Program-made: the position numbers and the translations under genes | Source of the DNA: a virus | Virus record (IMG/VR): IMGVR_UViG_3300040801_004946 | Direction: 5' to 3' (one strand) | Length of the DNA stretch: 44,436 bases | Notes under the pieces: model-generated | What the model was told of the DNA's origin: nothing | Seen by the model: the letters and a program-made list of their open reading frames with translations, nothing else | The model's database searches: none | Part shown: positions 27,587 through 37,558 of the stretch, one piece after another | Numbering within the stretch: the stretch's first letter is position 1 | Layout of the letters: every line of letters starts with the position of its first letter

Positions 27587-28298
27587 AAAATTCGGCAACG
27601 ATTTTTTATTTTTTTTAAACAAAATTAAAAACAATGAGCACTTTGCATTGTCGAGATGGGGAGATGGTGAATTATCAATTTTAGAAAATAAAAAACTTGA
27701 TTTGCGTAGAAAAGGAAATGGGGAATTTTTATTTGATCCAAATATTAAAGAATATCAAGAGTATCGAAATCAATTAATGAACGCATATACTTATCATGAT
27801 ATTGATTATTATGTTGGAATTGCGTGTCGTTGTTGTGTTGGTAATGAGAAACATGAATATATGAAAAAATTATCGAAACAAAATGAAAGTAACTTAACAT
27901 GGGCAAATATATTTGTAAATTCGAATTATAATAATTTTCTAAAATATTATGTTGAAGAATTTAGTAATCATTCTATAATAGGTGTATTTAATACAAAATC
28001 TAAACCTGAAAATCTTTCTTTTAAAATTGATAGAACATATAAAGTTGGAACTAATGCTTGGATTAATGACTATTATTTGGTTGATGAAATTAAAAGAGAT
28101 GTTATAAATATTAAAAATCATATTTTTTTAATAGCTGCAGGTCCATTAGCAAACATTTTAGTATACGAATTATGGAAAATTAATAAAGAAAATATATATC
28201 TAGATATTGGATCAGTCTTTGATACTCAGCTAGGAATGAAAGCAGTTAGAGGTTATCATTTTGGAGCTTCTACACTAAAAAAAACATGCATATGGTAA
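27555..28298 (+). CDS. Hypothetical protein, possibly a GT-D (DUF1792-like) glycosyltransferase
   Basis: ALSRWGDGELSIL resembles the RFGDGE opening of DUF1792. Tentative. Confidence 0.35.
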   Translation: MDGKSSNTKNKKFGNDFLFFLNKIKNNEHFALSRWGDGELSILENKKLDLRRKGNGEFLFDPNIKEYQEYRNQLMNAYTYHDIDYYVGIACRCCVGNEKHEYMKKLSKQNESNLTWANIFVNSNYNNFLKYYVEEFSNHSIIGVFNTKSKPENLSFKIDRTYKVGTNAWINDYYLVDEIKRDVINIKNHIFLIAAGPLANILVYELWKINKENIYLDIGSVFDTQLGMKAVRGYHFGASTLKKTCIW

Positions 28299-28900
28299 AA
28301 TATATTATAGTTGGTTGTGGCCGTTCGGGAACAGGATTCATGTCACACATGTTTAATTATAATAATATTAAGTGCGGCCACGAAAATATTTTTGGGTTAA
28401 CACTTAATTTTAATACTAAATTTGTTGCCGATTCTAGTTGGCTATCAGCTCCTTATTTAAAAGAACATCAAAATGCCTCAATTGTATTTGTTATTAGAAA
28501 TCCTGTCGATGTAATTAAATCTTTTTTAGATTTAAATCTTTTTTCGATAATAAATGATAATTCTCCATACATACTATTTATTAAAAAATATATTAATATT
28601 GATTTACATAAATTAAGTGATATAGAAAATACAATATCATATTATGTGCAATGGAATAACTATATTTTAAACACCGTAAAAAATATGAATTATGAAATTG
28701 TATCTTTTGATGATTTAATTAAACAAAAATCAGTTGAATTACATCATAATGTACTAAATGTACCGAAAAAGAATATCAATACAAAAAAAGATAAAAAAAT
28801 AAAAAATATCTCTACTCAAACTATTATTAATAATAATAATTTTAAAGATGCTATTAATACATATAAAAAAATATTAAATGATGAACATAGAAAAGTATAG
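28286..28900 (+). CDS. Sulfotransferase-like P-loop protein
   Basis: YIIVGCGRSGTGFMSHMF resembles the sulfotransferase 5'-PSB loop (G.PRSGTT). Confidence 0.45.
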   Translation: MHMVKYIIVGCGRSGTGFMSHMFNYNNIKCGHENIFGLTLNFNTKFVADSSWLSAPYLKEHQNASIVFVIRNPVDVIKSFLDLNLFSIINDNSPYILFIKKYINIDLHKLSDIENTISYYVQWNNYILNTVKNMNYEIVSFDDLIKQKSVELHHNVLNVPKKNINTKKDKKIKNISTQTIINNNNFKDAINTYKKILNDEHRKV

Positions 28901-29510
28901 AAATGACGGATGGGGTTTATCAAAAAAATGTTTATTAAATATAGAAAATATTTTGAACGATTTTAAGACTCCTAATATTGTAGAATTTGGATCAGGAATA
29001 TCTACTTCCTTTTTAATAGATTATTTAAATGAAAATAAAAAAGAAGGGCAAGTAATTTCTTTCGATAATAATTTAGAATATGCAACAAAACTTAAAGATC
29101 CAAAGCTTCATTTGAAAATACGAAATTTGGTAGAATGTGATGATAAACATTTCAACGAAATGTTTAAAATTAAAAAATATTTGAAGCATAATATGATACT
29201 AAAAAATGAAAAAAGTATAAATACTCGTCAAAAAAATTGTTTTTATGAAATTTTAGATGACGATATACCTAGTTCAGTTGATCTTTTAATTGTTGATGGC
29301 CCACATGGTAACGGCAGAAGTATATCTTTTTTACATTTAAAAGAAAAACTTTTGATTGGATCGTATGTAATTATCGATGATTATAATCATTATGATTTTT
29401 GTGATAAATTCTTGTCAATTTTTAAAGCTGATTTGATATATGAATGTAACACTGGTAAAGAAAATCAGTGGGAGTTGGGAGGCATTTATCGTATCTATAA
29501 AATAAAATAA
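28878..29510 (+). CDS. Class I SAM methyltransferase-like (Methyltransf_24 / O-MT-like)
   Basis: DLLIVDGPHGNGRS...YVIIDD resembles the FIDGDH motif of the family. Confidence 0.45.
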   Translation: MMNIEKYRNDGWGLSKKCLLNIENILNDFKTPNIVEFGSGISTSFLIDYLNENKKEGQVISFDNNLEYATKLKDPKLHLKIRNLVECDDKHFNEMFKIKKYLKHNMILKNEKSINTRQKNCFYEILDDDIPSSVDLLIVDGPHGNGRSISFLHLKEKLLIGSYVIIDDYNHYDFCDKFLSIFKADLIYECNTGKENQWELGGIYRIYKIK

Positions 29511-29521
29511 AATAAAATAAA

Positions 29522-30088
29522 ATGATAATAGAAAAATTTAATTTTTTGAGTAATCATGATGTTAATGATCCAGTTTTATATCCTAATTGGTCCCGAGCAT
29601 ATGAATATCCTATAGTATTAGAAAATTTAAAAAATGATTCTAAATCAAATTTAAAAATTCATAATACATCATGGGGATTTAAAAACGTTCACGTTACATT
29701 TAGAGATATTTTAGATGATATAGGAGAATGTACCCATTCAGATATAGTAAAATCAGAATATAGAGATACATTTTATTATGATATAACAAAAGAAAAAAAT
29801 GATTTTGAAAATAAATTTGATTATGTAATAAATGTGTCAACAATTGAACACTTACCTTCAAAAAAATTACAATTAACTGCCCTAAAAAATTTATATAAAC
29901 AAGTAAAAAAAGGTGGCAAATTAATTGTTACCTTCGACTATCCTAGAGTAGATTTAAAAATGATCGAAGAATGGGTAAACACAAAATGTAATAAGCCACA
30001 ATCAATATTAAACGGGTCAAATTCAGTTGCACCAGATCCAAGATATAAAAATTTAAACGTTATTTTCTTGGTAATAAAAAAACAATAA
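29522..30088 (+). CDS. Probable SAM-dependent methyltransferase
   Basis: FDYVINVSTIEHL....LKNLYKQVKKGGKLIVT matches the MTase post-II/III blocks. Confidence 0.4.
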   Translation: MIIEKFNFLSNHDVNDPVLYPNWSRAYEYPIVLENLKNDSKSNLKIHNTSWGFKNVHVTFRDILDDIGECTHSDIVKSEYRDTFYYDITKEKNDFENKFDYVINVSTIEHLPSKKLQLTALKNLYKQVKKGGKLIVTFDYPRVDLKMIEEWVNTKCNKPQSILNGSNSVAPDPRYKNLNVIFLVIKKQ

Positions 30089-30091
30089 ACA

Positions 30092-30652
30092 ATGAATTCA
30101 TTAATATACTGGAATGAAAGATATAAAAAAGGCGAAACCTCAGGAAAGGGGTCATACAACGATTATGCTAAATTTAAAGCAAAAATAATTAATGACATAT
30201 TAAAAAATAATAATATAAATAATGTTATTGACTTTGGATGTGGAGATGGAAATCAATTAAATTTATATGATTTAGATCAAATAGAATATCACGCATATGA
30301 TGTATCAAAGAGTTTAATTAATAAATTAAGAATACAATATCCTTTATATAAGTTTTATTATTATGAGGATAAAATGCTAATTCCTTCGTGTGATTTAACT
30401 ATGTCGATAGATGTAATTTATCATTTAGTTGAAGAAGATATTTATCAAAATTATCTAAAATTGTTATTCGAAAAATCAAATAATTATGTGTTAATTTACT
30501 CTACCAATTATGATCATGATCCTAAAAATCATATAAAACATCGCATTTTTACTAAAGATATTGAAGAAAATATAGTTAATTTTAAGCTTATTAATCAAGT
30601 AAAAAATGAATATAATATTAACGCAGATTTTTTTCTTTATAAAAAAAAATAA
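30092..30652 (+). CDS. Class I SAM-dependent methyltransferase
   Basis: Motif I is VIDFGCGDGNQL, with the acidic residue in HAYDVS. Confidence 0.55.
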   Translation: MNSLIYWNERYKKGETSGKGSYNDYAKFKAKIINDILKNNNINNVIDFGCGDGNQLNLYDLDQIEYHAYDVSKSLINKLRIQYPLYKFYYYEDKMLIPSCDLTMSIDVIYHLVEEDIYQNYLKLLFEKSNNYVLIYSTNYDHDPKNHIKHRIFTKDIEENIVNFKLINQVKNEYNINADFFLYKKK

Positions 30653-30660
30653 AATGAATT

Positions 30661-31656
30661 TTGATACTTTTAGCTTTTGGAACAAGACCAGAATATTTAA
30701 AAATTAAACCTTTAATCGAAGAATTTGACCAAGAAGAAATTTCATATAAATTACTTTTTACAGGTCAACATAAAGATCTATTAAAAGATATTGAAGTTGA
30801 TCAAGAAATAAAAATTCCTAATTCTGGAAATAGATTAGATAGGGTAGTTGGATCAGTAATGAATAATATCATTTGGTCAGGAATTGATTTTGTTTTAGTA
30901 CAAGGAGACACAACTTCAGTATTAGCAGTCGCATTATCTGCATTTCATAATCAGAAAAAAGTTATTCATCTTGAAGCTGGTTTAAGAACATATGATAAAC
31001 AAAATCCTTATCCAGAAGAAACTAATAGGAGAATTGTTTCTGCAATTGCTGAAATACATTTATGTCCAACTGAGCTATCAAAACAAAATCTAATTACAGA
31101 AAAAATAGAAGGCGATATTTATGTTGTTGGCAATACAGTATTAGACAATTTGAAACAATATAAAGATGAATGTGAATATACAAATAAGATTCTTGTCACT
31201 TTACATCGAAGAGAGAATCATTTGTTAATTGATAAATGGTTTCAGCAAATTAATAAACTCGCTGAAGATTATTCAGATTATGAATTTATTTTACCAATTC
31301 ATCCAAATCCTAATGTACAAAAACATAAAGATTTATTAACAAATGTTAAAGTTGTTGATCCACTGCCATATAATGAATTATTGGAATTATTGGTTAAAAC
31401 ACGTTTGGTTATTACTGATAGTGGAGGATTGCAAGAAGAGTGTTCTTTTTTCAATAAAAAATGTTTAGTATGTAGAAAAATAACTGAACGGCCTGAAAGT
31501 TTAGGTTTAACATCATTTCTCGTTGAGACACCAGATCGGTTACGATTAATGTTTGATCAACATATAGACAAATATGATTTGGATATTCAATGTCCATATG
31601 GAGATGGTAATTCAGCTTCTAGAATTATTGAAATATTAAGTAAATTAGATAGTTGA
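30661..31656 (+). CDS. wecB: UDP-N-acetylglucosamine 2-epimerase (non-hydrolysing), WecB/MnaA family
   Basis: The match to E. coli WecB is collinear. AFGTRPEYLKIKPL matches VFGTRPEAIKMAPL. VQGDTTSVLAVALSAF, HLEAGLRTYDKQNPYPEE, VGNTVLD, TLHRREN, DSGGLQEE and CPYGDGNSASRI are all present. Confidence 0.9.
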   Translation: MILLAFGTRPEYLKIKPLIEEFDQEEISYKLLFTGQHKDLLKDIEVDQEIKIPNSGNRLDRVVGSVMNNIIWSGIDFVLVQGDTTSVLAVALSAFHNQKKVIHLEAGLRTYDKQNPYPEETNRRIVSAIAEIHLCPTELSKQNLITEKIEGDIYVVGNTVLDNLKQYKDECEYTNKILVTLHRRENHLLIDKWFQQINKLAEDYSDYEFILPIHPNPNVQKHKDLLTNVKVVDPLPYNELLELLVKTRLVITDSGGLQEECSFFNKKCLVCRKITERPESLGLTSFLVETPDRLRLMFDQHIDKYDLDIQCPYGDGNSASRIIEILSKLDS

Positions 31657-31705
31657 AATTAATTAATCTCAATATATAATTAAGAATGTTTGTTGAAATA
31701 AAAAT

Positions 31706-32296
31706 ATGGTAATTGGAGATAAGTTTATATGGGCTCATATTGGTAAAACTGGTGGAGATTCGGTAACCAAAATGTTTGATTATTGTACGATCAATGTTAT
31801 TAAAGATGACACAAAAGATCCAAATAAACATCGAACGTTTTTGCAAATTGAAAATTTAAAGGATATTGATAGGATAGCTACAATTAGACGATTACCGTTG
31901 TGGATGCTAAGTAGAGTTAATCATACCAAAATTCATCAAAATGTTGATTTCACAAAAGATGAAGTAGTGAATGGAATTATCAAGTGGCCAACTGGCTCAA
32001 AAACAACTGCCGATCAACATTTATTATGTTATCAGCCAGATTTAATTTCTTGTTGGTTAAGAACAGAATTTTTGGCTAATGATTTTATCAATATTTTTAG
32101 TAAATATTTTATTATTTCAAATATTCAACGAAAAAAAATTATGTCAGTTTTTGAAAATAAAAGACAATCTAAGGATTACATGGAAATGATAAAATCGTTC
32201 TATACTCTCGAAGATGTAAAACATTTATATGATGTTTCTCCTACATGGAGCAAATATGAAAAAATGATGTACGGAAATTTAATGTATGAAATATGA
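31706..32296 (+). CDS. Sulfotransferase-like protein (Sulfotransfer_2-type HxPKTGG motif)
   Basis: IWAHIGKTGGDSVTKMF. Confidence 0.4.
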   Translation: MVIGDKFIWAHIGKTGGDSVTKMFDYCTINVIKDDTKDPNKHRTFLQIENLKDIDRIATIRRLPLWMLSRVNHTKIHQNVDFTKDEVVNGIIKWPTGSKTTADQHLLCYQPDLISCWLRTEFLANDFINIFSKYFIISNIQRKKIMSVFENKRQSKDYMEMIKSFYTLEDVKHLYDVSPTWSKYEKMMYGNLMYEI

Positions 32297-33069
32297 TAGG
32301 TGTTAGTTATAATATATTTGATGGCGAAGAATTATTAAGTCGCAGTATTCAATCAATTCGAGGTGTAGTTGGTCATGTGAATGTCGTGTACCAAAAAATT
32401 AGTAATTTTGGTGAAAATAATCCATATATCGAAGAAACTTTAAGAGGCTTACAAAGAAAGAAATTAATTAATTCAATGATATTATATAATCCTGATTTCA
32501 ATTTAACTCCTAAACAAAATGAAATAAAAAAAAGGAATATAGGTCTCGATTATTGTAGAAGAATTGGAGTTAAACATTTTATGTCTATGGATGCCGATGA
32601 ATTTTATTTTCCGAATGATATTCTTAAAATGAGAAGATACTGTACTAATTATGGATTTGATGCAACGGCTTGTAGAATGGAATTTTATTATAAAGATCCA
32701 ACTATTAAATTGGTTCAAAATGGAAATTTTTACGTTAGTGGTATATTTACAGTTTATCCACATACTAAATTTATTTTAAATTATGAATGGCCAATTTTAG
32801 TTGATCCATCTCGTAAATTTGATTACAGAAATTTAAAAATAATTGAAGATAAAGAAGATGTTTGTATGCATCATTATTCTTATATCAGAAACAATATTCG
32901 TTTAAAATATAATAATAAAAGTGCTAAGATAAATATACCAGATGAAAACATAGAAGAATTTTGTGCTTACTATGATAAATATGAGGCTGGTCAAAAAGCA
33001 TTAATTTTGAATAGAGACAAAAAACTATTTCATGATGTTGAAATAGTTAAAAATTATTTTAATATATGA
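32293..33069 (+). CDS. Hypothetical protein, a paralogue of 26060-26833
   Basis: The two are collinear over their full length (SYNIFDG, KRNIGL, MHHY blocks). Confidence 0.5.
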   Translation: MIGVSYNIFDGEELLSRSIQSIRGVVGHVNVVYQKISNFGENNPYIEETLRGLQRKKLINSMILYNPDFNLTPKQNEIKKRNIGLDYCRRIGVKHFMSMDADEFYFPNDILKMRRYCTNYGFDATACRMEFYYKDPTIKLVQNGNFYVSGIFTVYPHTKFILNYEWPILVDPSRKFDYRNLKIIEDKEDVCMHHYSYIRNNIRLKYNNKSAKINIPDENIEEFCAYYDKYEAGQKALILNRDKKLFHDVEIVKNYFNI

Positions 33070-35462
33070 AGTTTGCCATAATATTACATTTGTATTATCA
33101 TGATTTGTTTTATGAATATCACTCTTATTTCAAAGATATAAAAGAAGAATTCGATTTGTATGTTAGTATGCCAAAAGAATTTCATAATGTTTATGACGAA
33201 ATTTTATATCATTACCCAAATGCTCAGGTAATTTATGTTGAAAATAAAGGCAGAGATTTATTACCTTTTATTCGAACGTTGCAACAAATAGATTTAACCA
33301 AATATCACTCTGTTTTAAAACTTCACACTAAGAAAAGTCCACATCGAGAAGATGGTTATAAATGGCGAAATGAATTACAACAAATTTTAATGGGTGATAG
33401 TCAAACAGTATCTGAACATATTGAATTGATGAAATCTGGAAAAATTGGAATGCTTGGAGCAGCTAAGTATATGAATTATCGAGACATGGGCAGTAATCGT
33501 CAAAATTATGAATATTTATGTAGCACTTTTGGTATTAGAAATAAAAGATTACAATTTTTTGAAGGAACAATGTTTTGGTTGCATTCAAAAGTTTGTCAAA
33601 GAATAAAAGACACTGCAAAATTGTTAATTCCTAAATTTAATGATGAAAACGGGAAATTGGATGGTAATTTTGAACATGCACTTGAAAGAATATTCCAACC
33701 TTTAGTTCAAACAATGGGAATGCAAGTATATAAAGCACCACTTAAACCAGTTAAAAAACCTCTTAAACCAATTGCGTTTTATTTACCGCAATTTCATAAA
33801 GTAAAAGAAAATGATGAATGGTGGGGAGAAAATTATACAGAATGGAATGCTGTCGATAGTGCTAGTTCATTATTTGAAAATCATATTATTAAAACACCAC
33901 ATAAACATCTTGGAAAATATGATATATTAAAACCTGAAATTCGAAAACAGCAAGCAACAATCGCAAAGGCATATGGAGTTTATGGTTTTTGTTATTATCA
34001 TTATTGGTTTAATGGTAAACAATTATTAGAAAAACCTCTTGAATTATTATTACAAGATAATCAGCCTAACTTGCCTTTTTGTTTTTCTTGGGCTAATGAA
34101 AATTGGACAAGAACATGGGATGGTGGTGATAATGAAATTTTAATGGAACAAACTTATGGTGATCAATCAGATTGGGAAAATCATATTAATTATTTAATAA
34201 GATTTTTCAGACTGAATAACTATATTAAAATTAACGGTAAACCTGTATTTTTATTGTATCGTATTGGAAAAATTGATAATTTAACAAAAATGATTTCTTA
34301 TTGGAATTTTAAATTACAAGAAGCAGGTTTTCCAGGAATTCATATTGTGATGATGAAAGGTAATTTTGATGATTCATATAATGAAAAAGAATTTGAATCA
34401 GTGATTGACGGCGTATGTGAATTTCATCCAAATATGTTAGCACATAATGGTGTTCAGAGTCAACATAACGGAGTTGTAAATTTTATTGATATGAAAAAGA
34501 ATTTCAACACAGGCCTTCGACTTCAAAAAAGACATTCCGAATATTATTATGGCGCATTTGCCGGATGGGATAACACCCCTAGAAAAGGAGAAAATGGACT
34601 TGTGTTTACACATACTGATTATTCATTTTTTGAACGTTATTTAGATATACAATGTAGAAAAGCAAAATCTAGACCAAATAAATATGAAAATTTTATTTTT
34701 ATTAATGCGTGGAATGAATGGGGTGAGGGATGTGTTCTTGAACCGAGTGAAGAATATGGTTATAAATATTTGGAAGCATTAAAACGAACTTTTCAACGAT
34801 ATAATGGCATTAACTCTGAATCAAGCAAAAAGAATGTAATTAAAGAATCTAAGCACGAAAAACCTGTTTCAATAGAAAAAATAATTGAACAACAAATACA
34901 AGATGTTACACATGATAATCGGGTTAAAAAAGGAATTGGTATTAATATCATTGATGATAATGAAATTGAAATTCCTGAAAAATATGAAGTAGCACCTGAT
35001 GTCGATATTTTCTTATCAACCAAATATCAACATATGAATGGAAAAGTACACCATTTTAAAAAAATACGTTATCATAATACACAAGAATTCACATATTACT
35101 TTATGAACAAGTTTAAATCAGGTGTTAACAAGAATTTTTTAATTAATGGTGAGCTATTGTATAATTCTAAAATTTGTAATTTGTTAATGACAAATTATAA
35201 ATTTAATAATAGAAAAGAGTACGAAGTAATTGTACATTCTAATTCGGCGGAAATATTAAGTAAAAATCTAGATTTTAATCAGTATCACTTAACATCAAAT
35301 TGCATTTATACAGATAACTATAAATATTATTTTGGCAAACCGGCTGTGATGAGCGCGTTTTATAAAATTTACGATTTATTAACTTACGAAGGTGAAACTG
35401 ATTATCATCAAATTATACATAAATATATGAAACAACAAGGAGTTAAAGTTGTTGTGTTTTAA
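33066..35462 (+). CDS. Two-domain polysaccharide enzyme (798 aa) with an N-terminal RgpF-like domain and a WbsX-like (GH99-like) domain
   Basis: AIILHLYYHDLFYEYHSYFKDIKEEFDLYVSMP matches the RgpF (PF05045) opening (ahlyY.dl..e.......dfdl.vs). AFYLPQFHKVKENDEWWGENYTEWNAV matches the WbsX (PF14307) signature. Confidence 0.65.
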   Translation: MKFAIILHLYYHDLFYEYHSYFKDIKEEFDLYVSMPKEFHNVYDEILYHYPNAQVIYVENKGRDLLPFIRTLQQIDLTKYHSVLKLHTKKSPHREDGYKWRNELQQILMGDSQTVSEHIELMKSGKIGMLGAAKYMNYRDMGSNRQNYEYLCSTFGIRNKRLQFFEGTMFWLHSKVCQRIKDTAKLLIPKFNDENGKLDGNFEHALERIFQPLVQTMGMQVYKAPLKPVKKPLKPIAFYLPQFHKVKENDEWWGENYTEWNAVDSASSLFENHIIKTPHKHLGKYDILKPEIRKQQATIAKAYGVYGFCYYHYWFNGKQLLEKPLELLLQDNQPNLPFCFSWANENWTRTWDGGDNEILMEQTYGDQSDWENHINYLIRFFRLNNYIKINGKPVFLLYRIGKIDNLTKMISYWNFKLQEAGFPGIHIVMMKGNFDDSYNEKEFESVIDGVCEFHPNMLAHNGVQSQHNGVVNFIDMKKNFNTGLRLQKRHSEYYYGAFAGWDNTPRKGENGLVFTHTDYSFFERYLDIQCRKAKSRPNKYENFIFINAWNEWGEGCVLEPSEEYGYKYLEALKRTFQRYNGINSESSKKNVIKESKHEKPVSIEKIIEQQIQDVTHDNRVKKGIGINIIDDNEIEIPEKYEVAPDVDIFLSTKYQHMNGKVHHFKKIRYHNTQEFTYYFMNKFKSGVNKNFLINGELLYNSKICNLLMTNYKFNNRKEYEVIVHSNSAEILSKNLDFNQYHLTSNCIYTDNYKYYFGKPAVMSAFYKIYDLLTYEGETDYHQIIHKYMKQQGVKVVVF

Positions 35463-35473
35463 AAAATATTTTT

Positions 35474-36205
35474 ATGATGTATAAATACGTAGTCCTATCT
35501 GACCTACATTTGGGGTCTTCTGATTCAAATCCAAAAAAAATCTTAAAATTTTTAAAATCAATCAAGTTCGAATGCCTTATTTTAAACGGCGATATTATTG
35601 ACGGTTGGAAAATTAAAAGAGGCGGTAAAATTAGAAATAAAGAAGTTGAATTACTAAAATATTTACTCGATATTTCTAAAAAAAAGAAAGTAGTATATTT
35701 AAGAGGTAATCATGACGACTTTCTTGATCATATGGTACCAATTAATTTAGGTGTAATTGAAATTACTGATCAATACGAAATTGAAATTGATGATAAAAAA
35801 TATTACTTTATCCATGGCGATATTTTTGATAGAATTACTAAAGAATTAAAATGGGTCGCACAAATAGGTGATATTGGTTATACATTTTTAATAAAAATTA
35901 ATAAATTAGTAAATCGATACAGAAAATGGAGAGGAAAATCATATTATTCATTTTCAAAGGAAATAAAAAAGAAGGTTAAAAAGGCGGTTAGTTATATTTC
36001 AGATTTTGAAAAAAATCTTGTTAAACTAGCAAAACAAAAGGGTTATGACGGGGTATTTTGTGGACACATACATCACCCTGAGATGAAAGATATTGATGGT
36101 GTAATGTATTATAATTCAGGAGATTGGGTTGAATCTATGTCAGCCCTATTGTATTCTGATGAACATAAGTGGCAACTTGTTTACTACAGTAAAAATGACG
36201 AATAA
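35474..36205 (+). CDS. Calcineurin-like metallophosphoesterase, LpxH-like
   Basis: The blocks VLSDLHLG, LNGDIID, GNHDDF, HGDIFD and GHIHHPE cover all the MPE motifs. Confidence 0.75.
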   Translation: MMYKYVVLSDLHLGSSDSNPKKILKFLKSIKFECLILNGDIIDGWKIKRGGKIRNKEVELLKYLLDISKKKKVVYLRGNHDDFLDHMVPINLGVIEITDQYEIEIDDKKYYFIHGDIFDRITKELKWVAQIGDIGYTFLIKINKLVNRYRKWRGKSYYSFSKEIKKKVKKAVSYISDFEKNLVKLAKQKGYDGVFCGHIHHPEMKDIDGVMYYNSGDWVESMSALLYSDEHKWQLVYYSKNDE

Positions 36206-36890
36206 AAAAACATTTCTTAAAGTTGAAAATCCATATTTAATTAAAACATATTCTCAGCTTCAACATACTGATCAAGATTGGGCTGATGTTGAGTTTGCTA
36301 TGCAATCATACATCATTCATAATAGAGGTCATCAAAACCTATTTTTATATCCCGGATATATGTTTTCAAATCAAGAAGCTGCTGATTATTATCAAGAAAA
36401 TGTATATCAATATTTATCCAAATATTTTACTCCTCCACGAGGTAATGTGTCAAATGATTTACAATTTGTTGTATGTGGCATTAAACCCGGAAAATGTTTA
36501 AATGAATTATTTGTTAAAGAATCATCTTGGTTATATGGTCCTTCTAGTAAAGTATTACATGAATTTTTAAAAACATTATCTATTTTCCCCTATTTTACAA
36601 ATATCTATAAGTATTGGAATACAGAGGAAACAGATTCTATTGATGAGGTAGCAAATGAGATTACTCATTTATACCATATTATAAAAAATATTTATTGTCT
36701 TCAAAAAGGTTTAAGAATTTTATGTTTGGGAAATTATACTGAATATCTTTCTCTTGCAAATTATTTTAGATCTACTAATATGGATATTGTTTGCCAATCT
36801 ATTTGGCACCCCAGTTATATTGCAAGAAAAAACACTCCCGAAAATTTTCAGAAGTGGATAGATCAATTTAATTCTAATAAATTACTTTGA
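36195..36890 (+). CDS. Hypothetical protein with a possible uracil-DNA-glycosylase-superfamily fold
   Basis: The track ORF starts at 36129 inside the previous gene. I prefer the Met at 36195 (MTNKKTF). FVVCGIKPGK....SSWLYGPSSKVL vaguely resembles the UDG GE.PG...G.PF.G.SG..L block. Confidence 0.3.
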   Translation: MTNKKTFLKVENPYLIKTYSQLQHTDQDWADVEFAMQSYIIHNRGHQNLFLYPGYMFSNQEAADYYQENVYQYLSKYFTPPRGNVSNDLQFVVCGIKPGKCLNELFVKESSWLYGPSSKVLHEFLKTLSIFPYFTNIYKYWNTEETDSIDEVANEITHLYHIIKNIYCLQKGLRILCLGNYTEYLSLANYFRSTNMDIVCQSIWHPSYIARKNTPENFQKWIDQFNSNKLL

Positions 36891-37181
36891 TTTTAGTTCA
36901 ACTAAAACACTATTTTTATTTTCAATATTGTATGTTTTAGTTTCATAACTCGGGTAGCTAACGGTTAAAATGGAATCAGAAGCACATGCATCAAATTTAA
37001 ATTCTCCAAATAAATCTGAATAATATACTTTATCTCCACATTTAATTTTTACACCAATTAATTCTTCTCTGGTTTTGTCGTTTATTGCAATCCCGAAAAC
37101 AGTTTTTGTTGCTTCTTTTTCTTTTGTGTTGAATGAAAAGAATAAAAATGCTGTAATGAATATCAAAAGATATTTTTTCAT
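36882..37181 (-). CDS. Small secreted protein, possibly with a CarboxypepD_reg-like beta-sandwich
   Basis: Signal peptide MKKYLLIFITAFLFFSF. It is 99 aa and convergent with the glycan array. Confidence 0.45.
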   Translation of the reverse strand: MKKYLLIFITAFLFFSFNTKEKEATKTVFGIAINDKTREELIGVKIKCGDKVYYSDLFGEFKFDACASDSILTVSYPSYETKTYNIENKNSVLVELKSK

Positions 37182-37395
37182 TTAGAAATATTATTTTTAT
37201 TTATTTATAGTATTATTTGATAAAATATTCAATTATCTAATTATCAAAGTATTAAAGTTATATTAATAGTCGGTTAACAATTTAAATATATGCAATAAAT
37301 TGTTTATTTTATGATAAATGTTTTAAATATTTATGTTTTTATTAAAAATAATTATGAAAAAAGTGTTAAAAATTATATATATTACAATTACATAT

Positions 37396-37519
37396 TGTAA
37401 GGTGGTGAAATTGGCAACCACACCCGACTGTCTCTCGGGCGGAGAATTGGGATAAAGTAAACATGTCGATCGGATGTTTGCCTAACTGCTCCTTGAAGGT
37501 TCGACTCCTTCCCTTACAG
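37396..37519 (+). tRNA. tRNA-Asp(GUC)-like gene with a 55-nt insertion in the variable region, 124 nt in total
   Basis: The acceptor UGUAAGG/CCUUACA is a perfect 7 bp, with discriminator G. The D arm is GUG-AAAUUGGCAAC-CAC. The anticodon arm CCCGA-CUGUCUC-UCGGG has 5 bp, a 7-nt loop, U33 and anticodon GUC. The T arm is GAAGG-UUCGACU-CCUUC. Between the anticodon and T arms is a 55-nt segment closed by GGAG/CUCC. Confidence 0.5.
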
Positions 37520-37558
37520 CTGGAAATCGATAATATATACTAAAAGTAATATGTATCG

